Shown: positions 26,284-39,468 of the stretch, in pieces | Position numbering within the stretch: the stretch's first letter is position 1 | Layout of the letters: the number at the start of each line of letters is the position of its first letter | From: Nemertoderma westbladi | Lineage: Eukaryota > Animalia > Xenacoelomorpha | Direction: 5' to 3' | DNA: 53,120 bases | Assembly (NCBI GenBank): GCA_032718475.1 | Contig: JAUCBJ010002613.1 | Span: 1-53,120 of the forward strand | The notes under the pieces: generated by a model | Seen by the model: only the letters and a program-made list of their open reading frames with translations | Database searches by the model: none | Told to the model about the DNA's origin: nothing | Position numbers and translations under genes: made by a program

Positions 26284-28049
26284 AAATGATAATGACAAAT
26301 CTCCGCTATTATGGGAACTAAATTGGTAGCTCTGTGGGATTGTTGGTAAATAGTTCTATCAATCATTCACCAGTGGACTAAAGTTTGTTTTCACAACATT
26401 TAGGAAGAATGTCACCAATATTTAGTTGTTGCTGTTGCTATGTAAAATCCATATTGCTAAGGAAAGAAACATTGAAAATGTAAATATTGTCCGATTTTTG
26501 GGATTTCATCTATATACCCAAATAAGGTACTTACATAATATTTTTGTCACAGTTGCACATTTTCATGTCGCTAAGCTGCTGCGGGCCATTCTCATGTGTA
26601 TATCGGCTTGTAAACGCTCACGGTCCACCCTGCATTAAATATATTTTAGTTAGAGACCTGTTTCACTTAAATTGCTAAATAGTTTAATTCGAGGTTTTAA
26701 AATTAATTAACTTACAAAAAGATGATAACATTTTTTTTGTCCGAGTTTTAATCCGTATTTTCGAGGAATAGTTAAATCATTTTTTACAGTACATACAAAA
26801 TTCATCATTTTTTATTTATAGGTACAGCATGTAGTGCATTGCCTTCTTTCTGAAATTCAAATGAAAAATAAATTCTAAAGGAAAATTTGAAAAGAACAGA
26901 ATTTGTGTCAGTGTCCAAAGAAAGGGCCCTTAAGTTTAAAACGCCGTTTCTGTTTATCTCACATTTAGTCATATGTTTGTCAAAAAAAATAGATTTTCTT
27001 TTTAATATCTCATTATGTCCGAAATTTTATGGAGATTTCAAATATACAATCGGCTTCGTCATATCTTTTTTCGTTTTGACGATGTTTAGCGAAAAGTAAG
27101 GGACATTCAAAAATTGTTACAACACAAAAATTTCAATTTTCAGAAATTTATAGAAATAATATAATAATATATAAAGAAACGTATAAGCCCTGATTCACAA
27201 TCTACATAGGTTTTGTGGGGTGCCGAATGCAATGACAATATTTGTGAGGTGACTGAATGGACATTTATACTACTTTTCGTTGGGTGCTAAAATTCGATGC
27301 ACAACATGAACATTTCAATTTTAAAGATTATGAATTATAACTTTATTTGACCTGATTCATAATCTATATAAGTTTTCTCGGGTGCTGAATGCAATGGTAA
27401 TATTTATTAAGCGACTGGATGGACGGCTATACTATTTTTCTTTGGGTGCTAAATTTTGGTGCTGGCTCCAACTTTTTGCACCCAGTGAAAAGTAGTAGTA
27501 ACATTGGTCTGATTGTGTTTTACTTGGATCGGTTGAATTCCTAACCACAGAAAACCTATAAAAAATGAAATTAATACTATTCATTAATATGTGGAGGAAG
27601 TCTATATCGGGCTATGCAAGAATACTTCTAACTTTAAAGGTAAAGTATATAACATTAACTTATGATATACTGCAGCTGCTATAATTTATAATGGCAGTGA
27701 TTTTTTATGTCCTTTTATTTGACTTTTTTTGTCCTTTTTTTTTACGAATTATGCATAATGACTTTTGTTGTCCTTTTAATGACTTTTATTGTCCTTTTAA
27801 TGACTTTTTATGTATGTATTTCTTCAAACTGTCAGACTGCTGATTTCTGGACTGTCAGACAGTTGATTTCACTATGCCTGTGCCAAAACATTCCATGATT
27901 CCATGATTTATAGACTATGAGATAGATTTCCATATGCGCCTGTGGTAAAAAGACTCTATATTTAATAGTTTGTGGTTGTTGTCGATAATCGATTACCACA
28001 TGACGTAGCAAAACACTCATTTTATAGCCAAAAACAATTACCAATTGAT

Positions 28050-28682
28050 GGAAAGGAGCAGGTTAAGGCCGAGTTTTCTAACCAAAACAATAAACAGTCA
28101 CTTTACCAAATCAGGGAAAGGAGCAGGTTACCGAGACGGGATTTTCTAACCAAAACAATAAACGATCACTTAACTAATTGAGGGAAAGGAGCAGGTTACA
28201 GAGGCGGGATTTTCTAACCAAAACAATAAACGATCACTTAACTTATTGAGGGAAAGGAGCAGGTTACAGAGGCGGGATTTTCTAACCAAAACAATAAACG
28301 ATCATTTAACTAATTGAGGGAAAGGGACAGGTTACAGAGGCGGAATTTTCTAACCAAAACAATAAACGATCACTTAACTAATTGAGGGAAAGGAGCAGGT
28401 TACAGAGGCGGGATTTTCTAACCAAAACAATAAACGATCATTTAACTAATTGAGGGAAAGGGGCAGGTTACAGAGGCGGGCCTTTCTAACCAAAACAATA
28501 AACGGTCACTTTACCAATTCAGGGAAAGGAGCAGGTTACAGAGGCGGGATTTTCTAACCAAAACAATAAACGATCATTTAACTAATTGAGGGAAAGGGGC
28601 AGGTTACAGAGGCGGGATTTTCTAACCAAAACAATAAACGATCATTTAACTGATTGAGGGAAAGGAGCAGGTTACAGAGACG
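28050..28682. repeat. 68-bp tandem repeat, about 9 copies, of a module also dispersed through the window
   Basis: Unit GAGGGAAAGGAGCAGGTTACAGAGGCGGGATTTTCTAACCAAAACAATAAACGATCACTTAACTAATT. Confidence 0.95.
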
Positions 28683-29540
28683 ATAAAACTAATACAGTAA
28701 TAGGCCTAAATTATGTGAAAGGTACATTTTCCACAATCCTGCAATCCAGTTTGGCCTATCAATTATTTAAAATTTATTAGAACAACCGGTAGGCCTACCA
28801 TTACCGTATTTAAATGGTAGGCTACACAGTAGGCCTATAGCAGTACCGGTGCCGGTACCGGTACTAAAATACAGAAATACCTGCTTTATACCTACATCTG
28901 TACATACAATACAGCAAAATAGTGCTATATATACTAATACCGGTACTGATAGCCTGAGAGAACAGCAGTATAGAAACCGGTAGCATGGAACCTAACATTA
29001 GACTTTTGGAGGACATAAAAAATAAAAAAAAAGGACAAAAAAAGGATTTAAACGGACAATAAAAATTATTGCGATTTATAATCATTACTTCTGATTGGCT
29101 ATCAGTGCTGGAAATGCCACCTTTCAACTTTCAAGTAAGATAGAACATAGGACTAGTGCATTTTGAAAGTTTCATGTTGAAAGTTGACTGTTTGTTTATG
29201 TGTAAACGTCTGCATAGGCTACAATATGTTCTATATTTTAATTGGAAGTTGAAAGCTCATATGTGACCCGGGCCTAAATAGAATAACTTACGCAGGCGCA
29301 AAACCATGCAACTTTCGAAGTGGAGGGCATGTACCTGAATAACGACACTATATTCCAGGACGTGGTGTATGGATATCTGTTAAAATAGAAGCGGAGTGCT
29401 GCGGAGGTTTTTGTGCTCGTTCGTTTCGCACATATTTGGAAAAATCTAGGAAGCCCATCTGTCTGTCGGTTTGTCCGTCACTATAAATCTCACACCCTAG
29501 CTAAGATTTACACCGTGATCCCAATATATTATATTACGTA

Positions 29541-29871
29541 GACCCGTGTCCGAGTGCATACAGCGCCTGAACTTCTATCACAATAGGGTAGGTACAAATC
29601 CGACAAAAGGGCTTTAATAATTTCGCATTGTTGTGTCCCTAAGAAAGACACTAGACATTTGTGCTCAGCTCACTCAACACAGCGGTACAGTGGGAACCTG
29701 GCTTCGGCTGGGGGGAATAAATAAAGGGTTGGATAGTTATGGACTGTTCTCCCTTGGGAGTTAGTGTGGCGGCCTCCCTGCCTAATAGGTAACAGCCAAG
29801 AGAGAGGAACCTTCGGGTTGCCTTCGGTGTTTCGTGTCTCACACGTTCACCGATCACTTTACTATTACTTT
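29541..29871 (+). mobile_element. tRNA-derived SINE with CORE-like central domain
   Basis: A-box-like GTGTCCGAGTGC and B-box-like GGTACAAATCC, then TTGTGTCCCTAAGAAAGACACT (resembling the CORE-SINE GTGTCCTTGAGCAAGACACT), and a simple-repeat tail CTTTACTATTACTTT. Confidence 0.55.
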
Positions 29872-29967
29872 CAAAGATATCTAAGATATCTAAGATAAGG
29901 TATATTTAGTAGCACTAATGGATCTATGGGTTGTTGTTATAATTATGTTATTAATAATATTTACTAG

Positions 29968-30077
29968 GTGACTTGGATACTCTACCCCGGTTGGACAGTG
30001 ACGAAGTAGCCCTGCAACTGAAGTGTCTGACGGAACGGGCTACCCTATTTAAAATCAGCAGTAATGCCATGCGCAAC
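29968..30077 (+). CDS. OSBP: OSBP-like gene, coding exon 4 (later exons not found in window)
   Basis: Acceptor TTACTAG|GT is phase-compatible with exon 3. GDLDTLPRLDSDEVALQLKCLTERATLFKISSNAMRN matches OSBP ERATLFRITSNAMIN. Phase-0 donor AAC|GTTAGT. Confidence 0.9.
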
Positions 30078-32440
30078 GTTAGTACCAATATCAACAGTAA
30101 TGCCATGCGCAACGTTAGTACAATTATCAACAGTATTGCCATTCGCAACGTTAGTACAATTATCAGCAGTAATGCCATGCGCAACGTTAGTACCATTATC
30201 AACAGTAATGCCATGCGCAACGTTAGTACAATTATCAGCAGTATTGCCATGCGCAACGTTAGTACAATTATCAACAGTATTGCCATTCGCAACGTTAGTA
30301 CAATTATCAGCAGTATTGCCATGCGCAACGTTAGTACCATTATCAGCAGTAATGCCATGCGCAATGTAGTAACAATATCAGCAGTAATGCCATGCGCAAC
30401 GTTAGTACCAATATCAGCAGTAATGCCATGCGCAACGTTAGTACCAATATCAGCAGTAATGCCATGCGCAACGTTAGTACCATTATCAGCAGTAATGCCA
30501 TGCGCAACGTTAGTAACAATATCAGCAGTAATGCCATGCGCAACGTTAGTACCATTATCAGCAGTATTGCCATGCGCAACGTTAGTACCAATATCAGCAG
30601 TAATGCCATGCGCAACGTTAGTACCATTATCAGCAGTAATGCCATGCGCAACGTTAGTAACAATATCAGCAGTAATGCCATGCGCAACGTTAGTACCAAT
30701 ATCAGCAGTAATGCCATGCGCAACGTTAGTACCAATATCAGCAGTAATGCCATGCGCAACGTTAGTACCATTATCAACAGTAATGCCATGCGCAACGTTA
30801 GTACCAATATCAACAGTATTGCCATGCGCAACGTTAGTACAATTATCAGCAGCAATGCCATGCGCAACGTTAGTAACAATATCAGCAGTAATGCCATGCG
30901 CAACGTTAGTACCAATATCAGCAGTAATGCCATGCGCAACGTTAGTACCAATATCAACAGTATTGCCATGCGCAACGTTAGTACCAATATCAACAGTATT
31001 GCCATGCGCAACGTTAGTACCAATATCAACAGTATTGCCATGCGCAACGTTAGTACAATTATCAGCAGCAATGCCATGCGCAACTTTAGTACCAATATCA
31101 GCAGTAATGCCATGCGCAACGTTAGTACCAATATCAGCAGTAATGCCATGCGCAACGTTAGTACCAATATCAGCAGTAATGCCATGCGCAACGTTAGTAC
31201 CAATATCAACAGTATTGCCATGCGCAACGTTAGTACAATTATCAGCAGCAATGCCATGCGCAACGTTAGTACCATTATCAGCAGTAATGCCATGCGCAAC
31301 GTTAGTAACAATATCAGCAGTAATGCCATGCGCAACGTTAGTACCAATATCAGCAGTAATGCCATGCGCAACGTTAGTACCAATATCAGCAGCAATGCCA
31401 TGCGCAACGTTAGTACCAATATCAGCAGCAATGCCATGCGCAACGTTAGTACCAATATCAGCAGTAATGCCATGCGCAACGTTAGTACCAATATCAGCAG
31501 TAATGCCATGCGCAACGTTAGTAACAATATCAGCAGTAATGCCATGCGCAACGTTAGTACCAATATCAGCAGTAATGCCATGCGCAACGTTAGTACCAAT
31601 ATCAGCAGTAATGCCATGCGCAACGTTAGTACCAATATCAGCAGTAATGCCATGCGCAACGTTAGTACAATTATCAGCAGCAATGCCATGCGCAACGTTA
31701 GTACCAATATCAGCAGTAATGCCATGCGCAACGTTAGTACCAATATCAGCAGTAATGCCATGCGCAACGTTAGTACAATTATCAGCAGCAATGCCATGCG
31801 CAACGTTAGTACCAATATCAGCAGTAATGCCATGCGCAACGTTAGTACAATTATCAGCAGCAATGCCATGCGCAACGTTAGTACAATTATCAGCAGTATT
31901 GCCTTGCGCGACGTTAGTACCAATATCAGCAGTAATGCCATGCGCAACCTTAGTACCAATATCAGCAGTAATGCCATGCGCAACGTTAGTACCAATATCA
32001 GCAGTATTGCCATGCGCAACGTTAGTACAATTATCAGCAGTATTGCCATGCGCAACGTTAGTACAATTATCAGCAGTAATGCCATGCGCAACGTTAGTAC
32101 AATTATCAGCAGTATTGCCATGCGCAACGTTAGTACCAATATCAGCAGTATTGCCATGCGCAACGTTAGTACAATTATCAGCAGTATTGCCATGCGCAAC
32201 GTTAGTACCAATATCAGCAGTAATGCCATGCGCAACCTTAGTACCAATATCAGCAGTAATGCCATGCGCAACGTTAGTACCAATATCAGCAGTATTGCCA
32301 TGCGCAACGTTAGTACAATTATCAGCAGTATTGCCATGCGCAACGTTAGTAACAATATCAGCAGTAATGCCATGCGCAACGTTAGTAACAATATCAGCAG
32401 TAATGCCATGCGCAACGTTAGTAACAATATCAGCAGTAAT
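30054..32440. repeat. 36-bp minisatellite, about 66 copies, made of the last 24 nt of OSBP exon 4 plus the first 12 nt of the intron
   Basis: Unit ATCAGCAGTAATGCCATGCGCAAC|GTTAGTACCAAT. The first copy is the exon end itself, and one unit at about 30365 is 1 nt short. Confidence 0.97.
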
Positions 32441-32683
32441 ACCAAGCCCAATAATCCCCCCCCCCCCCCCCCCCCCCCTAATTTAATAGTTGCATCTCGA
32501 ATGGAAGTTTCGTTTCAGTAAAGGGAAATATTTAATATAAACTAATAATAAAACAAATTAACAAAATTAACGAAGTAAGTAAGTTTGGGCATGCACCTTA
32601 TCTAAAAAATATAGTTTTACTGTACCTAGATTGCTCTGTGTATAGTGTATGGGTCCCAGTAGGTGTCCGAATCGCCGGCGGAC

Positions 32684-33311
32684 TCACCTCACTGGATTCC
32701 ATCCACAAAGAGAGGGAAAACTGGGCTTCTGCGGAGCCACATTGCGGCATTCCCACGCCAAACGGGCACAGACAAGCGTTGAAATAAGTGCTTGACTGAG
32801 TCTCACACGGGAATGCCACGGCGCAGGCTCTGCAGACGCGCGATTTCCTGAAGGATGGCATTGGATTGGAAGTCCCATCCTCCCAGAGCCTCCACCACAA
32901 TGGGGTGAACCTCACACCTGTGTTGCAGCACACCTCCAAGTGGGCAGCGAGTTTTCGCTCTCGGGCAATGGAGAGTGCATGTCCAGGTGTGGCGGCGGCT
33001 TGGGAGATGGTTCGGGATTGGAGAGGGGAGATAACGATGACGTCCAGGGTCATGGGTTGACCCCTGTTCAAATTTGGGAGGTATACATCAGCAGGGTGAC
33101 TACGTGAGCCCGAGATCAAACCAGGGACTACACTCCGGGGCGCTAGAGCAGCAGATTGGGCTGCTTGAAAGATAGCATTCCGGAGTGAGTCATGGCGGGT
33201 GATCCTGTCTCCCTCGCCACCACAGCCGACATGGTTGTCCCCAAATGGGTCTACAGGGGTGGGGCAGGGTGAAGGTCCCGAATTCATGCGGACGCCAAGC
33301 CAGTATTCCAA
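32684..33311 (-). pseudogene. 3' fragment of a CRE-like (restriction-like endonuclease) non-LTR retrotransposon, frameshifted
   Basis: CP...D.FGD.H.GCGGEGDRITRHDSLRN (zinc knuckle plus RHD), [R]PADVYLP...LDV.VISPLQ...RERK (RLE PD-D/E motif), FTPL/[VVE]ALGGW, and HLF...LS..VWRGNA after frameshifts. Confidence 0.75.
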
Positions 33312-34086
33312 GGAGAGCCGGTAAAGGAAACCGAAATTTTAAATTATTTTATTTATTTTTGGTCCAGGAATCAGCACAGAACTCAAAGACAGAATTTTAC
33401 AAATTATCTAAACATGGAAACCCAATGCGTTTAAATTATTATGAAGAGGCTTAATATAAGGCTTTGAAAAAGTCCAGATATACAAATAAAATTGTTTATT
33501 GTTTTGTTCCAACATTATGTTTATTGCGGATTATTCAGATATTGGTATGAATGTCTGGTCTGGTCTGTTTTGGTTTTATTGAAGGTGAATTTATTTGACC
33601 CCGAGGGTTGAATGAATGGATCCTGCTTGACTCAGACAAGCTGGCATTAAAGTACATTCTAGAATTATTGTCAAGGATAACATGGCTGTCTACGCCATCG
33701 TCAGGCGAATAAATATGATTGACTTGGGGTGATGTTTATTGTAATTATCTGATATAAAATATAATGATGATGGCATTTTGCTTCCTTTTCCCCAAGGCCA
33801 AATCACCAATTATTAGGAATCAATAACCTTTGATGACCTTACTTTCATACTGATCCCCTACGAGGACATGGAAATATATATTATATTCTCGCCTATTAGG
33901 CGCAGCACCAGTCAAGCTGGTATATAATTGAATAGTTAAATAATGAAGTAAAATGACACATCAGTGACAATAAAATATGGCTAATCGTAAACAGTGACTA
34001 AAATCATAATTATAATTATTTACGTAAACAGAGACAGTATCATCAATTAAAGTTATTTACCATTTACGTCACACACCTTGACAACT

Positions 34087-34600
34087 TTAAAACCAGGCGG
34101 GATAACAAAATAAATCTAATATCATGTTGTGCTTAAATTTAAAACTGGTAGATAAATGGTAGCAGCTATCTATGAAGTTGATTTTGACCGCCTCTGCTAG
34201 TGATACTTCACCTGGTATTATTCGATTTTTTAGGGCTGATTTTGAGTATTTATTTGTTAAAAGAGACTGCATATTGGGGAGTGGGTATGCTTTATAACTC
34301 TTTTCATATGTGGAGAAGACACCTGTGTAAGAAGCACCGTATTCCGAAGCACTTACTCGAAGGAATGACTGAATTAACATATTGTTGGATTCAAACGATC
34401 GTGTAATGATCCCAATATTTTGCCGATATACTTCCATTGAGAGTGGAATACAACCAAGTAGGTTGTACACAACCTGGTTGTCTGCATATGGTCCGAGGTG
34501 GAGGATGCTCCGTAAGGCCTTACGGTATGCCACATCTAACAGTTCGATTTCAGTATCACGCATGGAACCCACAGAACGCCTATATAAAAATTTTCCCACG
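34087..34600 (-). pseudogene. Degenerate non-LTR retrotransposon fragment (post-RT region)
   Basis: LDVAYRKALRSILHLGPYADNQVVYNLLGCIPLSMEVYRQ resembles the K.ILGL..T.N..VY.ELG..P segment downstream of LINE RTs. No RT core is visible. Confidence 0.5.
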
Positions 34601-34829
34601 AAGTATACAAAGAACCAATTCATGAATGTTTCTAGCTGTATTATACATTGGTATATTTATAAGTTGTTGAAGGCAAGATGGTTTGAAGAGATGCTATATA
34701 TTTAAATATATGAGATATTATATAAATTTCATTAATTCCATTTCTATAATATAGGCCTACAAGCACGGATAACTCTACTACAGGACTGACAGACCAGAAG
34801 TTAGGATGCCGATTGCGTTAAAAGTATTA

Positions 34830-36020
34830 CTATATACTATAGCCTACCAATTAAAGTCATACCAAAATCGATGAAAATTTCACCAAAAAAAATTATATTA
34901 CACCAATTTAATTAATGTGACCCCAAAACAGATTATTCAACACCAAATAAAAAAAAAGTCACCCCAAATAAAATTATCCAAACACCAAAGTAAATTTTTC
35001 AAAACCAAAACCAATTATTCAATACCAAAATAAATAAATACTCACCAAAACCAATTATTCAATACCAAAATAAATAAATGCTCACCAAAACCAATTATTC
35101 GCACCAAAATAAATGACAAAACCCCCAAAATAATTACAAATTTTCCCAAAATAAATACAAATTTGCCCAAAATATATACATATTTCCCCAAAATAAATAC
35201 GTATTCCCCCAAAATAAATACGTATCACCCCAAAATAAATACTTATTCCACCAAAATAATTAAATATTCTACCAAAATAAACAGACTCTTATTTACAGAC
35301 CATCAGTTGCAGACTTCGTTAGGTCCCAAAGAACATTAATTCCCATTGCTATTTAAAGGAGCTGGTTAGTAAAGGAGCAGGTTACAGAGGCGAGGGGAAC
35401 CAAAGCAATAAACGAAAGTTAACGTTTAAGTTACAAGATTATGCAGGTCTTTATATTAGATTGGGTCTTTGTTTTGTAGGCCTACTCATCCGAGGATCGT
35501 CGGTATAATAATATTAAACATTTTGTTTGATTTATGGAAATAAATAATGAATGATTTTGTATAATTAAATATTCCATAAAATATTTGGTGCTGGAAGAAT
35601 TGTTTTTGGTTGACAAGTAATTATTTTAGGGAGATTGAATAATTGTTTTTGGGGTATGAATAATTGTTTTTGGGGGATGGATAATTGTTTTTGGGGGATG
35701 GATAATTGTTTTTGGGGGATGGATAATTGTTTTTGGGGGATGGATAATTGTTTTTGGGGGATGGATAATTGTTTTTGGGGGATGAACAATTGTTTTTTGG
35801 GGGATCAATAATTGTTTTTGGTGATTATTTTAGGGATATTGAATAATTGTTTTTGGGGGATCAATAATTCAAAACGAATAACGAATAAAATAAGAGATAT
35901 TCAAAATTGGGAAATGTAAATTGGTGCTACAAAAAATATTTTTGGTGCTAAATAATTTTTTTTGGTCTGAAATCATCTAATTTGGGGTGGCATTTAATTA
36001 TAGTGGCGTATACTATATAG
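34830..36020. mobile_element. Foldback-like TIR element with modular repeat arms
   Basis: The inverted ends are CTATATACTATAGCC..AATTAAA..CACCAAAAAAAATTAT and its reverse complement near 35950-36020. The left arm has CCAAAATAAAT-type repeats and the right arm has 21-bp ATAATTGTTTTTGGGGGATGG repeats. TTA lies on both flanks. Confidence 0.65.
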
Positions 36021-36189
36021 TTACACTAGTAGGCCTATTATATATATCATAATAGAAACTGTTATTTTTGCGTCCGTTTTAACCGCATCATGTACACATT
36101 TTGGGTTCGCGTAATTTTTAATGAAATTAATATCTCACAAATATTTTTCAAACCGTCTTTCCTTCAACAACTTGTTACTATTATAATGT

Positions 36190-36684
36190 ACTAGAAAGCC
36201 AGCAAGCTGGCTTTAAACGAACCTACCCCTCAAACCAGTACCCTGAGTGAGCGAAAATGAAAACACGAAAATTGCCATCAACTCAACGATAGAAACACCA
36301 GCTGCTGGTACTCATGAGCGTGAGGGCTTAGTAAGCTACTGCTATTTATTGAATAGATAGGCCCAAACTGCAGAGAAGTATATTACTTGCTAAATTTATT
36401 ACTCTCCCACTCTAACCCAGACAGTAATTAAACATCAACAAACTGTTAGTTTGTATAATGTATTAACCCGCCAGCTGAATAGCTCTTCTCATTGAATCCT
36501 ATGGGAATATCTATAAGGTTTACTACTCACTGCTATGTTAGGTGGGAGGCCAGCTGATTGAATTGTAAGCACTGGGCCGTTCAAATGTTTTATAGGTTGA
36601 TGATAATGAATGAGGAGGGACCCAACTAACACTACGTTTGTCTATGGACGCTCTCCTTATAGCCAGCTTGCTGGCTTTTCTAGT
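36190..36684. mobile_element. MITE-like element with palindrome-containing terminal inverted repeats
   Basis: ACTAGAAAGCCAGCAAGCTGGCT ... AGCCAGCTTGCTGGCTTTTCTAGT. Confidence 0.65.
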
Positions 36685-38092
36685 TGAGTCATATTATTCT
36701 GCAACCAATAATTTACTCTTTTAGACGAATTAGTGCGTTTTTTGCCGGACTAACAAATTTTGGCGACGTTCTGTGCGAGATTGGTGATATTTGAAAAGAT
36801 TCTGAGGCTCATATATGTTGCTCAAGTGACTGAATAGCCCAAATAAAAAAAGTTGGTGCATACTCGACGAGTTGAAATCGGTGAAATTCGACTTTAAATT
36901 TTCAAAACCGCTATTTTTCAGTGACCCCCTAATGAAACGCCACAAAAAATATAGTCTTGTGCGCAACCAAAATTTATGTAGAGTTTGTTATTAAAATGTT
37001 TGCGTACCTGCTTGAGTTTTTGAGATATTGGATCGTTATACATACATACACCAATATATACATAACTACATCGTGTTTTTGAACGGCTCAACTCTTGACA
37101 AGAACTACCCTAGGCAGGTTCGTGTAATGGAGAAAAACAGAATTCAATACAATTTCAACTTTTCTATGATTAAATATAAAGTTAATATTGCGTGACGTGA
37201 CAAAGGGAAGAGGGGGGTCCGCGCTATCGCGACACTTTGTGACAGGGGAGGGTTGGGGGGGGGGGGGTGGCAAAAATCGTCCAAAAACCGTTACGGTATT
37301 ATTAAGGACGACGCCCTAAGACGACGTGGTGTTTGTACTTTCCTCTTAATATAAAAACATAAAACAAATTGGTTTAGCTCTGCTCTAAATCTACTTTACC
37401 TAACCCTAACCAACTCCACTCATTGACTGCAAGGTAAATGATAATAAATATTATTTTATTTTGTAATTGTGGGTGTGGGTGTGGTCCTGTAACGCACTGC
37501 GAGTCACATTCTCAGCCTGTTAAAGTATATTTATGTCCAGCTGCCCGCATATTTATGGTGTGTCTACTGTCTATATGGGTGAAAGAAATGGACTTTATAA
37601 CATTACGCGACTATTTAATGTTGTTGATTTCCTTTTAAAAAGTAGAAATCAAGGGAAAATGCCTTCACTGGTGGTTTTCTACATAAAGATTAAACGAAAC
37701 ATTGCAACACACTTTACCCCCCCCCCCCCCCCCCCCCGTCCGAGCGGTATTAGAAACATAAATTTCATCTAAAATTTCAGTCTGCCCGAAACATGATAGA
37801 GCACAGGTTTCAGTATCATTTTGTGGTTGTCGGCATATCATTTACACCTAATTAAATTGATTTATATAAATATTGCATGTATTTAAAATGATGTTTGTCA
37901 GCTGTGCCACTTTACTTTCACGGTTCTCATGGGCCTCGCAGTTTGCAAGAGTGGCGGTCCAAACCCTAATTAAAGCAGTAATTTAACGCTAGCCCTAAGT
38001 TATGAGGCTATAATCTAAGATATTTTGCAGTTTTGTTTTTTTAGATTAGAACCTCATGACTTAGGGTTAGGGTTAAATAATTACTGCTTTAA

Positions 38093-39282
38093 CCCTCCCC
38101 CGGTAACGTGGGGTAAAATAATACCCCTTTTGCCCTTAGGGGATACATTTTGATATTTTATAACAATCTCTCATATTATGTTTGTCCAGCTTCATAGTAT
38201 CTTCCAAAAAAAATTGTAATCTAGTGATTGTGTGGGTCAAACCCATAAAATTTTGTTTATGAAAAATGTTATGGGTCCTTAATTTGAAAACAACTTAGTT
38301 AGGTAAGATGGGGTATAAAAATACCCCATAACGTTATGGTGCTTTGTGACTCATTTTGGTTTCATTAGAACCGCAATTGTCGATTTAGTTGTACTAGACA
38401 GCTGGAGGCATGTTTTAACTTTGACCTTTAAGACCAAGTTATCAGCATTATGAAGCTACTGTTTTGTGTATGGCCTGTATTTCACAAGCCAAAACTTCGG
38501 CCTAATCGCGATGTGATAGATTGACCTTTAAGACCAAGTTATCAGCATTATGAAGCTACTGTTTTGTGTATGGCCTGTATTTCACAAGCCAAAACTTCGG
38601 CCTAATCGCGATGTGATAGATTGCTAAGTATATGTGAATAATACTTATTGCAGGCTTTCTTAGTGGTGTTCTGGCCTTTTGGGTCTCATTTTGGGTTCAT
38701 TGGAACTGCAATGTATAATTTAGTTGGACAATAACCACATTTTATGACCAAATTATCAGTACTTTTGCAGTCACGGTGTATATTTCATATTACATACAAT
38801 TCAAGATCTTGTGCTATTGCGAGGTGATATATCTGTATGTACAGTATATATATATATATATATATCACCTTGTTGACTTTTAGTGGTGGTATTCAGGTAT
38901 TTGACTCATTTTATGCTTATTGGAACTACAATGGTATACTTAGACCCATAACACCACTAAAAAACCTACAATGAGAAACGCTCTCACAGAATGCTTCGCT
39001 ATGATAGTATCTTGTTGCAAAACGCCCCATCGCAACGTTAACGATGATCGCGATTGTAGTAGGATAACTTTGGTGGCATTGAGCGTTGGGTAGACTTCAA
39101 CCAAATTTAAAAAAAAAATCACAACTTATTTTTTCACCATTTGGCAAATTCTGGGAGGGGGATTGCAAGTGTTTTTCTGTTTAATGTTACTTAAAATGTC
39201 GTATCAATTTGGGGTATAAAAATACCCCATGTTACCGGTGAAGGATAATTTTTTACCATACCGGGCTGCCGGGCGGGGAGGG
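38093..39282. mobile_element. Non-autonomous piggyBac-like element
   Basis: TTAA|CCCTCCCC ... GGGGAGGG|TTAA, subterminal inverted repeats CCGGTAAC.TGGGGTA / TACCCCATGTTACCGG, and an internal 100-bp tandem duplication at about 38421-38623. No transposase is present. Confidence 0.8.
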
Positions 39283-39468
39283 TTAATTATGGTTTTTACC
39301 TGACCAACAAACCCTAACCTAAAAAGCAAACCAATATCCCATTCAGTACCTACAAAACATCCCAAAAACCATGTCATTAAGTAACCTAAGTCAGCCAAGT
39401 AAAATGACGCTGTATGATTTCCATATAAAATGTAGTGTGATAGTGATGATAGTGTGATAGTGATAGTG

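Noticed and set aside
29973-32521. 700-840 aa ORFs on both strands as stand-alone genes
   Set aside because: They arise because the 36-bp unit is stop-free in several frames. Only 29968-30077 has protein homology (OSBP).
38061-38074. TTAGGG telomeric repeat
   Set aside because: Only about two units, and part of a palindromic repeat element.
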